From contig MPNM01000008.1 of assembly GCA_002239025.1 (NCBI GenBank), positions 47,196 to 111,195 of the forward strand: a stretch of DNA of 64,000 nt. Reading direction: 5' to 3'. A program made the translations under genes and the position numbers. Source of the DNA: Chloroflexi bacterium bin125. Lineage in GTDB: Bacteria; Chloroflexota; Dehalococcoidia; Bin125. Below, piece after piece: positions 1 to 11,022 of the stretch. The first letter of the stretch is position 1. Every line of letters begins with the position of its first letter. The notes beneath the pieces are model-generated. The model was given only the letters and a program-made list of their open reading frames with translations, made no database searches and was not told where the DNA came from.

Positions 1-130
1 CGCTTTGCTACTGCGGCAGGAATTTCGCTCCGTGCAGTTCAAGGCGAGATTGCCGCGGCGGAGCGCGGCAATGACGAAAGTGGGGGAACTGGAGGCGCGC
101 GTCTACCGACCTATGCGTTCCAACTGTTGG

Positions 131-1252
131 TCAATGCACTGGACCGCGGCGCGCGTCGTCTTGCCAGGCCAGGACGCTCTGCAGCAGGCCCAGGCCGACG
201 AAGAATACCAACAGCGACGAGTTGCCCGTGCTGATGAACGGTAATGGGATGCCGGTCACGGGAATCAGACGGATGTTGATGGCGACATTGATGAAGACCT
301 GGATCGCGATGATCGCCAGTAATCCGACGGCGAGGAGCTGGCCTAATGGCTCGCCTGCTTTGTTGGCTACCCGCAGCATGCGGAAGAGTAGCAGCAGGAA
401 CAGAGCAAAGAGCGCCATGGCGCCGACGAAGCCCAACTCTTCACTGAGCACGCTGAAGATGAAGTCGGTGGTCTGGATGCGGACGAAGTCAAGTTGTGTC
501 TGTGTGCCCTCGGTCAAGCCCTGTCCCCAGAGGCCGCCCGAGCCGACCGAGGTCTCGGCCTGAATCACGTTGAATCCCGCGCCCTGTGGATCGGACTCCG
601 GATCGATGAATGCACGGATGCGGTCGCGCTGGTAGTCCTGGACGCCGGCGGCGAGCCCTACGGGTATCAGACACATGCCGATCGCGGCCAAGGTCGCGTA
701 GTGTCGGAGCCTGGCTCCTGCGAACAACGTCATCACCAACCAGAGCGCCATGAAGACGACTGCCGAGCCGGCGTCTGGCTCGATAAAGACCAGCGCCGCC
801 GGCAACACGGCGATGCCGAGGGAGAGCAGGAAGATTCTGAACTCCTGTAAGCGATCGCGATAGTCGGTGAGGAACTTCGCCAGGCCGATGATCGTCATCA
901 GCTTGCCGATCTCAGATGCCTGAACGACAGTGAAGCCGAGATCAAACCAGCGCCGGGAGCCGAACTCTTCGCTTCCGACGAACAGTACTGCGACCAGCAC
1001 GATGATCCCGAAGCCGTAGGCGAGCCAGCCGAGGGCATCGATCAACCGGTAGTCGATGCGGGTCATCGCAACCATCAACACCGCGCCGACCAGGGCGAAT
1101 ATGATGTGCCGCTGGACGGCGCTGGACAAGACGATTCCCTCCGCTCCTCGAGGCAGAGAGGCGGAATAGATCACCAGAGCCCCATAGCCGGCCAGAGCGA
1201 GGGCCGCGAGCAGGATCAGCGGATCAAAGTGTCGCCACGAATGTCCGACCAT
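131..1252 (-). CDS. rodA: SEDS-family peptidoglycan glycosyltransferase RodA (FtsW/RodA/SpoVE)
   Basis: 373 aa polytopic membrane protein with SEDS-type sequence; last gene of mreBCD-mrdA-rodA cluster. Confidence 0.85.
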   Translation of the reverse strand: MVGHSWRHFDPLILLAALALAGYGALVIYSASLPRGAEGIVLSSAVQRHIIFALVGAVLMVAMTRIDYRLIDALGWLAYGFGIIVLVAVLFVGSEEFGSRRWFDLGFTVVQASEIGKLMTIIGLAKFLTDYRDRLQEFRIFLLSLGIAVLPAALVFIEPDAGSAVVFMALWLVMTLFAGARLRHYATLAAIGMCLIPVGLAAGVQDYQRDRIRAFIDPESDPQGAGFNVIQAETSVGSGGLWGQGLTEGTQTQLDFVRIQTTDFIFSVLSEELGFVGAMALFALFLLLLFRMLRVANKAGEPLGQLLAVGLLAIIAIQVFINVAINIRLIPVTGIPLPFISTGNSSLLVFFVGLGLLQSVLAWQDDARRGPVH

Positions 1253-1295
1253 CAGCGCGACCTCACATGAATCTCACTGTGTATGACGCTTGAGT

Positions 1296-3383
1296 TCATT
1301 GCGACCGCTCGCGAATTGCTTCGTAGAGCCGTTGGTCCTCTTCCTCGGTCAACGCGATCCTGGCGTACGGTGGAGGGAGTGCTGTCGACAGTGCGCCCGT
1401 CGTTTCGGCCCAGGCTCTGAGAATCTCGCCTCCGGCGCCGGCGGCCAGGTATCCGGCTGAGAACTCGAAGAAGACGACCATCGCGATTTGCGGGTCGTCG
1501 AACGGAGCGAATGCGATGAACCAGCCGTGTGTTGGTCCTTCTTCCTCGCCCGACACCGCCGTGCCGGTCTGGTTGAACTCGGCCGTGCCGGTCTTGCCAG
1601 CGATCAGCATCTCAGGAAGTTCGACCAGTGCGTCGTGACACGTGCCGGCCAGCGTGCAGAGCGCCATGCCTTCGCGGACGATCCTGAGGATTTCAGGATC
1701 GACGTCAACCTGGTTTCGCACGACGGGCTGCCAGGGCTGCACGACCTTGCCATTGGTGTCGATCAGCTCGCGCACGACTCGTGGTTCGTAGACCGTGCCG
1801 CCATTGGCGATTGCAGCAGTGGCGACCGCCATCTGCAACGGGGTAACGGTCGTGAACCCCTGACCGATGGCCATGTTGTAGGTGTCACCGTCTCGCCAGT
1901 CTTCCCCGAATGCCTCCAGCTTTTGCCGGGCCGAAGTGATCAGCCCGGCTGCTTCACCTTCCAGATCGACCCCGGTCTGGGCGTCGAAGCCCAACTCACG
2001 AGCCCACTTCGCCAGTGCCTCGTTGCCCGCGCCATTAAACTCGACATCTCCGGCGACGATGCCTTCGTCGGCCAGAGCATCTAGTCGCTCCTGTTCGCTG
2101 GGGTGTCGGGGAGGATTCTCCGGGTTGCGGTACGGCTCGCCGCCGGCGACGTAGTAGAAGTACACGTTCGACGACTCGGCCAACGCTGTGCGAATGTTGT
2201 AGACCCCTTGCGTCGTGTCGCCGAATCGGTAAATGATGCCAGGAGAGAGCTCGTTATGAACTTCCAACACGCCAGGCGAGTAAATCTTGGTCTCGGGTGT
2301 GATCGCGCCTTCCGCCAACCCGGCGACCGCCGTCACGATCTTGAAGATTGATCCGGGTGGAAACTGGTCCTGGATCGAGTGGTTGATCAATGGTTGCCCA
2401 GGATCCTCCAGCAGTGCCTGGTACTCGGCTGTCGTGATCTCCTCGTAAATGTTGACGTCGTAGTTGGGCACGGAGACCATCGCCAGGACTTCGCCCGAGT
2501 TGACGTCAAGCACGATCGCAGAAGCGAACAATGACGCCCCCTGGTGTTCCAACAGGATCTCTTCGACCTGCCGCTGGAGGTCGATGTCAATGGTCAGCAC
2601 TGCACTCAGGCCCGGTGTTGGCGGACGATTGTCGAGGGTGCGCAGAATATTGCCGACGGCGTCGACCTCGACGAGTTGACGCCCTGCAGTGCCTCTGAGT
2701 TGGCGTTCATAGGCGGCCTCGATACCGGTTCGTCCGATCTGATCGCTGTATAGGTAGCGAGCATCGGATAGCTCTTCGTATTCCTCCTCGGAGATCTTGC
2801 CGACATAACCAAGAATGTGTCCGAGCAGCCGGCCGTGGTCGTAGCGCCGAGTTGAAACGGTCTCAACCTGCACACCGGGCAACGTGGAACGACGTGAGGT
2901 GACCTCGATGACCTGTGCCGGCGACGGATCGTCATCGATCAGCAGCGGCAGGAACGGGTCGTTCGAATACTTGCGGTCCCAAATTTGCTGCTCTATGTCC
3001 CAGGCGCGGACATCGAACATTTCGGCCAGTTCTTCCGACACATTCTTCACTTCGTAGTCGGAGACGTCGGCCGAGATCAATGTGATCCGATATGCCGGGG
3101 CGTTTTCGACCAGCAAGTTGCCGTTTGAGTCGTAGATCAACCCTCTGGAGGGTGCAATCTCAATTGTTCGTACACGGTTGCTTGCGGCTCTCGCGACGAA
3201 CTCATCGTGGCGCAGAATCTGGAGCCGGACCAGTTGTACGGTGAGGATTCCGAACAGCAACAGGATGAATCCACCCAGCACCCAGACTTTGGCGCGGACG
3301 GGAAACCCTTCGCCATGCTCGATGTGCTGCGAGTACTCGCGCGCAACGCCTTCCGACTTACCCGGCCTTGGTCGCCGTTGCAT
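1296..3383 (-). CDS. mrdA: Penicillin-binding protein 2 (elongasome transpeptidase)
   Basis: N-terminal TM then PBP dimerisation and transpeptidase domains; likely start at MQRRPRPGK (CAT 3381-3383), overlapping mreD stop by 1 nt; ORF track extends to 3452. Confidence 0.85.
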   Translation of the reverse strand: MQRRPRPGKSEGVAREYSQHIEHGEGFPVRAKVWVLGGFILLLFGILTVQLVRLQILRHDEFVARAASNRVRTIEIAPSRGLIYDSNGNLLVENAPAYRITLISADVSDYEVKNVSEELAEMFDVRAWDIEQQIWDRKYSNDPFLPLLIDDDPSPAQVIEVTSRRSTLPGVQVETVSTRRYDHGRLLGHILGYVGKISEEEYEELSDARYLYSDQIGRTGIEAAYERQLRGTAGRQLVEVDAVGNILRTLDNRPPTPGLSAVLTIDIDLQRQVEEILLEHQGASLFASAIVLDVNSGEVLAMVSVPNYDVNIYEEITTAEYQALLEDPGQPLINHSIQDQFPPGSIFKIVTAVAGLAEGAITPETKIYSPGVLEVHNELSPGIIYRFGDTTQGVYNIRTALAESSNVYFYYVAGGEPYRNPENPPRHPSEQERLDALADEGIVAGDVEFNGAGNEALAKWARELGFDAQTGVDLEGEAAGLITSARQKLEAFGEDWRDGDTYNMAIGQGFTTVTPLQMAVATAAIANGGTVYEPRVVRELIDTNGKVVQPWQPVVRNQVDVDPEILRIVREGMALCTLAGTCHDALVELPEMLIAGKTGTAEFNQTGTAVSGEEEGPTHGWFIAFAPFDDPQIAMVVFFEFSAGYLAAGAGGEILRAWAETTGALSTALPPPYARIALTEEEDQRLYEAIRERSQ

Positions 3384-3928
3384 TAGAAGCCGGCCGATCT
3401 CGATGGTACGGACACTGCAGCGGCGCCTGACGTGGGGATCCTCACAAACCAATAGACGACGGCGCCGAGCATCATGTTCCCCAGGACCCCACCCAGCATG
3501 ATCGTGCGCAACGCAGCGAGCCAGTTGACGCCGGTCGTTGTCAGCTCAACGGCGATCGCGTGCGCCGTGAAGTGCAGGATTGACGCAGCGCCGATCAGCA
3601 CAATCGTCATCGCCCATTCCAGCGCTATCGGAGCAGGGCCTCGGTCAACTGACCTGGCGCGCCAGGTCAGCGCAGCCAGGCCGATTGGAGCTAACGCTGC
3701 GACTGATTCGGGCATTCCTTGAAATGCGAGTAGTCCGAGCCCGATCCCGGCCAGCGGGATCATCACCAGGGTCTCGATCGGTGGTCGGACCATCGCCCAA
3801 CAACAGAGCACGACCAGGACCACCTGTGGCCCGACTCCAAAGATGACGAAGGAGGAACTGGTCGAGGTCTGAAAGACCACCAAAACGAACAGTCCTCCGA
3901 GCAGCAAGATCCAACGGATGACGCTCAC
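3383..3928 (-). CDS. mreD: Rod shape-determining protein MreD
   Basis: 181 aa hydrophobic multi-TM protein between mreC and mrdA. Confidence 0.7.
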   Translation of the reverse strand: MSVIRWILLLGGLFVLVVFQTSTSSSFVIFGVGPQVVLVVLCCWAMVRPPIETLVMIPLAGIGLGLLAFQGMPESVAALAPIGLAALTWRARSVDRGPAPIALEWAMTIVLIGAASILHFTAHAIAVELTTTGVNWLAALRTIMLGGVLGNMMLGAVVYWFVRIPTSGAAAVSVPSRSAGF

Positions 3929-3931
3929 TGC

Positions 3932-4807
3932 TTACCCTCCGTCAGCGTCCGTTGATTCCGGGCTGAGAATCGACAGATCGGGTGGGGGAATCGTGAGCTG
4001 GACGAGCACCTGTTCGAGTTGCTCGAGCGGTGCGATCGGATCGAGCACGACGTAGCGGAAGGCGTCCTGGACCGTGCCCTCCGCCGCTGAGACGCGGCCA
4101 ACTGGCAGACCCTGCGGCAGTTGCCCGTCAAGTCCGGAGGTGACGAAGATGTGGCCCAACTCGACCTCGGACTCCCACGGGATCCGGATTTCCAGATGAC
4201 CCAGCGTGTCGCCGGTGGCGACGACCTCGCTGCGCGATTGCTGGTGCAAGACCCGCACGGCGCTGTCGGGATCGGTGATCAGGCGGATAAACGAGGTGTG
4301 TGGACGGACATCATAGATTTGCCCGATCAGCGTGCCACCAGCAGCGAGCACGGGCAGGCCGACCCGGATTCCGTCGTTCGATCCGCGGTCGATGCCGATC
4401 ACTGTGCGCAGCCCGGTCAGGTCTCGGGTTGTGACATTCGCGGTGATGGTGACGGCGTCGGTCTCGGCCTGAACCTCCAGCAGCGCCTGCCGGGCTCGGA
4501 CCTGGATCTGTTGTTCGCGCAGACGCGAATTGTCTGCTTCGAGTTGTTCAATTCTCGAACGCAGCGCTCGATTCTCGGAGTTCAGGCGGCCGAAGTCATC
4601 GAGGTCGGACAGCAGATTGGCGATCGGCTCACCTGCCTGTCGGAACGTTCGCTGGACAGGATTGAGCGCGGACGCGGCCTGGTCCTCAATCGTCGCAGCC
4701 CAGCCAACCAGCCCCAACACGGCCAGTCCACCGACCATGAGTGTGATCACCAGCACCCAGCGAATGCGCGCTCCCAGTAGGCGAACCAGTGCGCCGATTA
4801 TTGGCAC
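3932..4807 (-). CDS. mreC: Rod shape-determining protein MreC
   Basis: N-terminal TM, coiled coil (LRSRIEQLEADNSRLREQQ), beta-rich C-term; position after mreB. Confidence 0.85.
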   Translation of the reverse strand: MPIIGALVRLLGARIRWVLVITLMVGGLAVLGLVGWAATIEDQAASALNPVQRTFRQAGEPIANLLSDLDDFGRLNSENRALRSRIEQLEADNSRLREQQIQVRARQALLEVQAETDAVTITANVTTRDLTGLRTVIGIDRGSNDGIRVGLPVLAAGGTLIGQIYDVRPHTSFIRLITDPDSAVRVLHQQSRSEVVATGDTLGHLEIRIPWESEVELGHIFVTSGLDGQLPQGLPVGRVSAAEGTVQDAFRYVVLDPIAPLEQLEQVLVQLTIPPPDLSILSPESTDADGG

Positions 4808-4834
4808 GAGAACCTGCCAATCGCATTCGCGGCG

Positions 4835-5893
4835 CTAGCGCCGCCCGGCCAGCACCTGACCGTCGGTCGCCGCAAGGGCGCGTGTCTCGGTTAGCGCCTC
4901 AGCGCAGCCGCGTACGACGCAGGTGAGGGGAGAATCCGCCTTGTAGACGGGGAACTTGGTCTCTTGCGACATGCGCCGATCAAGTCCGGGTAAGTACGCC
5001 CCGCCGCCGGCGAGCGCGATGCCCTGCTGCATGATGTCGGGAATCAACTCCGCAGGCGTGATCTCCATGGTCTTCAGCACGGCGTCCATAATCGAGGAGA
5101 CCGCCGAAGAGATTGCATCGCGTAACTCGACCGTCGTCACCGTGATCACTTTGGGCATGGAGGTCGAGAGGTCGCGGCCACTCAGGGTGACGTCGCGTTC
5201 CTCTTCCAGCGGGAAGGCCGACGCGCCAGCGATTTTGATCTTCTCGGCCGAAGCCTCGCCGATCTGAATGTTGTGGACCTGGCGCGCATAAGTGATGATC
5301 GCCTGGTCAATCTCGTCGCCGGCGACGCGGGTTGAGGTGCTGACGACCATGCCGCCCATCGAGCAGACGGCGACTTCGGTGGTGCCACCGCCGATGTCGA
5401 CAACAATGCTGCCGGTGGACTCAAAGATCGGCAGCCCGGCGCCGATCGCCGCTGCCATGGGCTCTTCAATCAGATGCACTTCGCGAGCGCCGGCCGAGCG
5501 CGTGGCTTCGAAAATGGCGCGCTTCTCAACCTCGGTCGCGCCGCCGGGGATGCCGACCATCACGCGCGGTCGTCCAATGCCGATCCCGCTGCGCTGCAGC
5601 GCCTCGTGGATGAAGTGATTGAGCATTCTCGATGTGACATCGAAGTCGGAGATGACGCCGTCCCGCAAGGGCCTGGTTGCGACGATATGAGCGGGCGTGC
5701 GCCCGACCATCGTTTTGGCCTGCTTGCCGATCGCGAGCACTGAGTTGTCGATCCGGTTGATCGCCACTACCGACGGCTCGTTGACCACGATTCCGCGACC
5801 GCGCACGGACACCAAGGTGTTGGCGGTGCCCAGGTCGATGCCCACATCGGGCGAGAATCGTCGGGCCAACCAGCCGAACGGGGACCAACCCAT
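4835..5893 (-). CDS. mreB: Actin-like rod shape-determining protein MreB
   Basis: VGIDLGTANTLV ... GGGTTEVAV actin/Hsp70-fold motifs; 352 aa. Confidence 0.95.
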   Translation of the reverse strand: MGWSPFGWLARRFSPDVGIDLGTANTLVSVRGRGIVVNEPSVVAINRIDNSVLAIGKQAKTMVGRTPAHIVATRPLRDGVISDFDVTSRMLNHFIHEALQRSGIGIGRPRVMVGIPGGATEVEKRAIFEATRSAGAREVHLIEEPMAAAIGAGLPIFESTGSIVVDIGGGTTEVAVCSMGGMVVSTSTRVAGDEIDQAIITYARQVHNIQIGEASAEKIKIAGASAFPLEEERDVTLSGRDLSTSMPKVITVTTVELRDAISSAVSSIMDAVLKTMEITPAELIPDIMQQGIALAGGGAYLPGLDRRMSQETKFPVYKADSPLTCVVRGCAEALTETRALAATDGQVLAGRR

Positions 5894-6028
5894 CAGGACT
5901 CCTCAGGATCCGGCAACGTGTGTGCCGAACGATAGGGGGCGCTCGTCAGCGATGCGCACGGCTCGCCGTGCCGAGTCGACATAGATCAGCGTACCCGTTA
6001 ACCCCTCGATACCTGTACTAGCAGAACG

Positions 6029-8200
6029 TCAAATGGCCTCGGAAGGTTCCGCTTCCGTCAACCAGACCGACACCAGTGATGGATCTTGCAGCACAGTAAC
6101 CAGACGGTCTTCATCCCAGATCGGCAGGCCCAACGCTTCCGCTTTCTTGCGCTTGGATCCGGCCGCGTCGCCGGCGAACAGCGCCGTCGTGTTCTTGCTC
6201 ACCGACGAGCCAACGCCGGCTCCCAGCGACTTCAATCGGGCTTCAGCCTCTGGGCGAGTCATCTCCGCGAACCGTCCGGTAAGGACGAAGCGATTGCCTT
6301 CCAGCGGTGTTTCGACGGGCTCCTCATCAGTGCGTTGAATCTCGTCCTCGACGCCTGCCGCTTGTAGGCGATGCACCAGCGACCAGTGCTCGCCGTCCAT
6401 GGCCCAGTCGACGATGCTCTGGGCGATGATCGGACCAACGCCGTCGACGTCGGCCAACGCTTCCCTCGGAGCGAGCAAGATCGCGTCCAGCGAGCCGAAC
6501 TCCTCGGCAAGCAGCGTCGCGTTCTCTCCGCCGACATGTCGGATACCGAGTCCCACCAGGAGGTACGCCAGTCCACGCGATTTGCTTGCCTCTATCGCAC
6601 CAAGGAGGTTTTCGATTCGCTTGCCGGCCTCGTACATCTCCTCCCCGCCCCGCTTGACCTTTTGCCCCAGCGAGGGAATTCGCCCCAGTACCTCTCGCTT
6701 GCCTGGCAAGGTGTAGATGTCGGCCGCGTCGTGGACAAGCTCAAGTTGCAAGAGCAAGGCAATCTGTCGTTCACCGAGACCGCGAATGTCCATTGCACCA
6801 CGGCTGGCGAAGTGTTCGAGACTGCGTTGCAGGATCGCAGGACAGGACCGATTCGAGCAGTAGTGCATGGCGTCGTCGGCATCGCGCACTGTGTCGAACC
6901 CGCAGACAGGACAGGTGGCTGGCATCGTCCAGGGAACCGAGGATTCGGGGCGGCGCTCGAGCACCGGTCGGACGACCTGCGGGATTACCTCGCCCGCTCG
7001 TCGGATGACGACCGTGTCGCCCTCGCGGATGTCCTTGCGGTGGATATCGTCGAGATTGTGCAGCGTCGCGTTGGTTACCTGGACGCCGCCGACTCGGACG
7101 GGTCTCAAGCGGGCGTAAGGATTGATGGTGCCGGTGCGACCGACATTGACCAGGATTCGCTCGACGACCGTCGATGCCTCCTGCGGCGGGAACTTCCAGG
7201 CGATCGCCCAGCGCGGCTCGCGTCCGACGATGCCGAGGTCGGCCTGCAGTCCCAGATCATCGACCTTGACGACCACGCCGTCCATCTCAAAGGCCTGCGT
7301 GTCCCGTCGCTCGGTCCACCGTTCGCAGGCGGTCAGCGCGTTGTCAATGTCATCATGCCGCGCTGCCTCAGGCGTGGTTAGGAAGCCGAACTCAGATAGC
7401 CAACCGAGTGTCTCCCAGTGCGTGTCGGGGGTGATGGCCTCGTCGCACCAGCCGAGTTGGTATATGCCGATGTTGAGCGGTCGGGTCGCGGTTACCGAAG
7501 CATCCTTCTGCCTGACTGAGCCGGCAGCCGCGTTGCGGGGGTTGGCGTAGAGCGTGAGCGCGGCGCGACCCTCGGCGAGGCGCTCTTCGTTGGCGAGGGC
7601 GATTTCCGCGTTCATCGCGTCGAAGCCTGCCTTGGGCATGTAGACCTCGCCGCGGACCTCGAACAAGGGTGGAGGGTCGCCCTCCAGTTCGTTAGGCACA
7701 GCCTCGATCGCTCGGAGATTGGCGGTGACATCTTCGCCGGCGCGACCGTCGCCGCGTGTGGCGGCCTGGACCAGGCGGCCTCGTTCGTAGACGAGGGCAA
7801 TGGCGAGGCCGTCGATCTTGGGCTCGGTGACGAATGCCCATTCCTCGCGGTCCAACAAATCGGCGGCTCGCTGTTGCCAGCCGCGAAGTTCCTCGGCGTC
7901 AAATGCGTTGCCCAACGAGAGCATGCGTCGGCGATGCTCCACGACGGCAAACGTGCGGCCCGGCGGAGCGCCGACTGTCTGGGTGGGGCTATCGCTCGAC
8001 GCCAGTTCGGGAAAGTCCGCTTCCAGGCGTTGCAGCTCGGCGAACAGGGCGTCGAAATCGGCGTCGCTGATCTCGGGCGAATTCTGTGCGTGGTAGAGAT
8101 GGTTGTGTCGCAGGATCTCGGCGCGCAGTTGCTCGACCCGGTCGCGGGCTGTGATCTGTTCAGCGTCGCCGGAGGCCCGTGGAGTTGACATCGAGTTCAC
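6029..8200 (-). CDS. ligA: NAD-dependent DNA ligase LigA
   Basis: 723 aa; adenylation domain, OB fold, Zn finger (CPVCG), HhH and C-terminal BRCT recognisable. Confidence 0.95.
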   Translation of the reverse strand: MNSMSTPRASGDAEQITARDRVEQLRAEILRHNHLYHAQNSPEISDADFDALFAELQRLEADFPELASSDSPTQTVGAPPGRTFAVVEHRRRMLSLGNAFDAEELRGWQQRAADLLDREEWAFVTEPKIDGLAIALVYERGRLVQAATRGDGRAGEDVTANLRAIEAVPNELEGDPPPLFEVRGEVYMPKAGFDAMNAEIALANEERLAEGRAALTLYANPRNAAAGSVRQKDASVTATRPLNIGIYQLGWCDEAITPDTHWETLGWLSEFGFLTTPEAARHDDIDNALTACERWTERRDTQAFEMDGVVVKVDDLGLQADLGIVGREPRWAIAWKFPPQEASTVVERILVNVGRTGTINPYARLRPVRVGGVQVTNATLHNLDDIHRKDIREGDTVVIRRAGEVIPQVVRPVLERRPESSVPWTMPATCPVCGFDTVRDADDAMHYCSNRSCPAILQRSLEHFASRGAMDIRGLGERQIALLLQLELVHDAADIYTLPGKREVLGRIPSLGQKVKRGGEEMYEAGKRIENLLGAIEASKSRGLAYLLVGLGIRHVGGENATLLAEEFGSLDAILLAPREALADVDGVGPIIAQSIVDWAMDGEHWSLVHRLQAAGVEDEIQRTDEEPVETPLEGNRFVLTGRFAEMTRPEAEARLKSLGAGVGSSVSKNTTALFAGDAAGSKRKKAEALGLPIWDEDRLVTVLQDPSLVSVWLTEAEPSEAI

Positions 8201-8244
8201 TATAGAAAGGGAAAGCGGGCCAATCCTACTGATACGCTCAGCCC

Positions 8245-8895
8245 GTGAGCGATCCTGAGCTGGCCGACCTTGACGTAATCATCCTCGACTATGGCGCGGG
8301 TAACCTGCGCTCGGTCGTCCGCGCCGTCGAGCGTGTTGGCGCGAAGCCTGAAGTGGCGTCTGTCGCGGCTGCAATGGACGAAGCGGATGTGGTGATTCTG
8401 CCCGGCGTGGGCGCGGCTGCGGACACGATGCACAATCTGCGCGAGTTGCGCCTGATTGAGCCAATCCGCGAATACATCGCCGCCGACCGTCCGTTCCTTG
8501 GCGTCTGCATGGGACTGCAGGCGTTGATGACCGTCTCGGAAGAGGGCGGCGAGCATCCTTGCCTCGATGTACTCGAAGGCCGCGTCGTTCGTCTGCCGGA
8601 GGGCCGCAAGATTCCGCACATGGGTTGGAATCGGGTCGATCAACGGCGTCGGACGCCGCTCTTCGACGGCATTCCCGATGGCTCGCACTTCTATTTCGTC
8701 CACTCCTACTTCTGCGACATGGCGCAGCCCGAAGATGTCGTGGCGGTCGCCGACTACGGCACCGACGTCACAGCGGTCGTGGAACGCGGGAAGCTGGCGG
8801 CGACTCAGTTCCACCCGGAGAAGAGCGGCGCTTACGGTTTGCGGATCTATCGCAACTTCCTGCTCGAGCACTCCGGAAATGGAGTATCGAGATGA
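8245..8895 (+). CDS. hisH: Imidazole glycerol phosphate synthase glutaminase subunit HisH
   Basis: class I glutamine amidotransferase; VIILDYGAGNLRSV, GVCMGLQ. Confidence 0.95.
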   Translation: MSDPELADLDVIILDYGAGNLRSVVRAVERVGAKPEVASVAAAMDEADVVILPGVGAAADTMHNLRELRLIEPIREYIAADRPFLGVCMGLQALMTVSEEGGEHPCLDVLEGRVVRLPEGRKIPHMGWNRVDQRRRTPLFDGIPDGSHFYFVHSYFCDMAQPEDVVAVADYGTDVTAVVERGKLAATQFHPEKSGAYGLRIYRNFLLEHSGNGVSR

Positions 8896-9641
8896 CGCCC
8901 AACATGATTGACGTGTTGCCCGCGATCGATATCCGCGGCGGACGCTGCGTCCGTCTGGTCCAGGGCGACTACGAACGCGAGACCGTCTTCGACGACGATC
9001 CGACTGCGCCGGCGCGGCGCTGGATCGACGAAGGCGCCGAGATGTTGCATGTGATCGATCTGGACGGCGCTCGCGAGGGTCACGCGGCTAACGCGGAGTT
9101 CGTCGAGCGGATCGCGGCTCTGGGCAAACCGCTGCAAGTTGGCGGAGGCATACGCAATCTCGACACGGTTCGCCGCTACATCGATGCGGGTGTGTCGCGG
9201 ATCATTATCGGAACGGCCGCCGTCACCGACCGTGGGTTCCTTCAAAATGCGGTCGAGCTCTGTGGCGATGCGTTGACCGTGTCAGTCGACGCCAAGGGCG
9301 GACGGGTCGCGCTCAACGGTTGGACCGAGGCATCGGAGCTACCTGCCGTCGCCCTGATTCCGCAGCTTGAAGATCTCGGTGTGCGACGATTTATCTACAC
9401 AGACATCGCCTCCGACGGGATGCTCGGCGGCCACGATGAGGCTGAGTTCGCCCGCGTAGCCGGGGTCGCCCGATCGCCGGTGATCGCCGCCGGCGGGATT
9501 GCGCATCCGATGCAAATCCGCCGCCTCGCCGCCAACGGCGCAGCCGGAGTCGTGCTGGGGCGAGCGATCTACGACGGGCGGCTGCGACTGTCCGAAGCAT
9601 TCGAGGCAGCGGAAGCGGGAATACGCGAGCGGACATGCTGA
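8892..9641 (+). CDS. hisA: ProFAR isomerase HisA
   Basis: [27 protein letters not shown]; ATG 8892 overlaps hisH stop (ATGA); ORF track shows an upstream in-frame extension to 8559 that is not coding. Confidence 0.9.
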   Translation: MTPNMIDVLPAIDIRGGRCVRLVQGDYERETVFDDDPTAPARRWIDEGAEMLHVIDLDGAREGHAANAEFVERIAALGKPLQVGGGIRNLDTVRRYIDAGVSRIIIGTAAVTDRGFLQNAVELCGDALTVSVDAKGGRVALNGWTEASELPAVALIPQLEDLGVRRFIYTDIASDGMLGGHDEAEFARVAGVARSPVIAAGGIAHPMQIRRLAANGAAGVVLGRAIYDGRLRLSEAFEAAEAGIRERTC

Positions 9642-10420
9642 CGAAACGGATCATCGCCTGCTTCGATGTGGACGCCGGCCGGGTGGTCAAGGGGATCTCA
9701 TTCGTTGAGTTGCGTGATGCGGGCGACCCGGTCGAGCTGGCGGCGCTCTATGACCACGAGGGCATTGACGAGTTGGTCTTCCTCGATATCACCGCCTCGC
9801 ATGAGGATCGCAACACGGTCGTCGACATGGTTCGTCACACGGCCGACCGCGTGTTTATCCCGTTCACCGTGGGCGGCGGACTGCGCTCCGATGATGACAT
9901 GCGCTTGATGCTTGAGTCGGGCGCGGACAAGATCACGATCAACACCGCCGCCGTTGAGCGTCCAGAGTTGATCTCCGAGGGCGCGCATCGCTTCGGTTCA
10001 CAATGCATCGTCGTCGCAATCGACGCACGGACGGAAGCCGACGGCTCGATGCAGGTTTACACCCATGGAGGCCGACGGCCGACCGGAATGGATGCGGTCG
10101 CGTGGGCCCAGGAAGTGGTCGAACGCGGTGCGGGCGAGATCATGCTGACCTCGATGAACACCGACGGTCACCAGGACGGATATGACCTTTCTTTGACTCG
10201 AGCAGTGTCGGATGCCGTCAGCGTGCCGGTGATCGCCTCGGGTGGTGCCGGGAACGCGCAACATATGATCGATGCGATCACGGATGGCAATGCAGACGCC
10301 GTACTGGCCGCCTCGATCTTTCACTTTGGCACCCACCCGATCATGGATGTCAAACGGCAAATGCAGGCCGCCGGCATCCCCATCCGAATGGAACACGCGG
10401 ACTATGACGACGTCCTCTGA
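9635..10420 (+). CDS. hisF: Imidazole glycerol phosphate synthase cyclase subunit HisF
   Basis: [20 protein letters not shown] ... typical HisF TIM barrel. Confidence 0.95.
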   Translation: MLTKRIIACFDVDAGRVVKGISFVELRDAGDPVELAALYDHEGIDELVFLDITASHEDRNTVVDMVRHTADRVFIPFTVGGGLRSDDDMRLMLESGADKITINTAAVERPELISEGAHRFGSQCIVVAIDARTEADGSMQVYTHGGRRPTGMDAVAWAQEVVERGAGEIMLTSMNTDGHQDGYDLSLTRAVSDAVSVPVIASGGAGNAQHMIDAITDGNADAVLAASIFHFGTHPIMDVKRQMQAAGIPIRMEHADYDDVL

Positions 10421-10754
10421 ATCTCCTATCAGCGACGTGCCCGAGCTGAAGTACGACGCTGACGGCCTGATCCCGGCCATCGTCCAGGATGACGCGAGCA
10501 ACGACATCCTGATGCTGGGTTACATGAATGCGGCGTCAGTGCAGATGACCCTGGACAAGCAGCTCGTGACGTTCTGGAGTCGCAGCCGCCAGGAGTACTG
10601 GACCAAGGGCGAGACCAGCGGCAACGTGCTCGAGTTGGTCAGCATTCGCAAGGACTGTGACGTCGATGCGCTGTTGGTCCGCGCCGTCCCGCACGGCCCG
10701 ACCTGCCACACGGGCGAGCGTTCCTGCTTCTACCGCGACCTCGCCGAGGACTGA
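10404..10754 (+). CDS. hisI: Phosphoribosyl-AMP cyclohydrolase HisI
   Basis: [10 protein letters not shown]...LMLGYMN...[11 protein letters not shown]; start ATG 10404 overlaps hisF 3' end; ORF track starts at an upstream in-frame Met 10272. Confidence 0.9.
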   Translation: MTTSSESPISDVPELKYDADGLIPAIVQDDASNDILMLGYMNAASVQMTLDKQLVTFWSRSRQEYWTKGETSGNVLELVSIRKDCDVDALLVRAVPHGPTCHTGERSCFYRDLAED

Positions 10755-10785
10755 GCCCAAACTTGTTCAGCGAGAGTGTCGAGAA

Positions 10786-10828
10786 GTCAACAGATATGTT
10801 GACATCAACAGTTGTGTTGACTAAGGTG
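10786..10828 (+). promoter_or_regulatory. Putative hicAB promoter with two operator-like palindromes (GTCAACA-N4-TGTTGAC and TCAACA-N4-TGTTGA)
   Basis: Perfect 7-bp and 6-bp inverted repeats at 10786-10803 and 10805-10820; TTGACA -35-like hexamer 10799-10804 and TAAGGT -10-like 10823-10828 directly abutting the GTG start of hicA (leaderless). Confidence 0.5.
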
Positions 10829-11022
10829 TGCCTGTGAATACCTCGGAGCTTCGCCGCTGGCTCCAGAAACGGGGTTGCACCTTCCACACTCACAAGGGCG
10901 GGAGCGGCCACATGACCGTCCGACGGGGTCTTTGCACCAGTCAATTGCCCATGCACGGCGCACGCAAAGAGCTGGGTCCTGGACTGGTAGCGAAGATCAA
11001 GAAGGATTTGGATCTGAAATGA
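10828..11022 (+). CDS. hicA: Type II toxin HicA (mRNA interferase, YcfA family)
   Basis: 64 aa; GGSGHMTV and PMHGARKELGPGLVAKIKKDLDL match the HicA GSH/C-terminal motif; GTG start. Confidence 0.8.
   Translation: MPVNTSELRRWLQKRGCTFHTHKGGSGHMTVRRGLCTSQLPMHGARKELGPGLVAKIKKDLDLK

Noticed and set aside
8559-9641. 360-aa version of hisA (and analogous long versions of hisI, hicB, yraN, polA, nitrilase, fdxA, rpmA, rpmF, PBP2 in the ORF track)
   Set aside because: The upstream in-frame extensions overlap the preceding genes. Conserved N-termini and start-stop overlaps (ATGA/GTGA) identify the internal starts used in the feature table.
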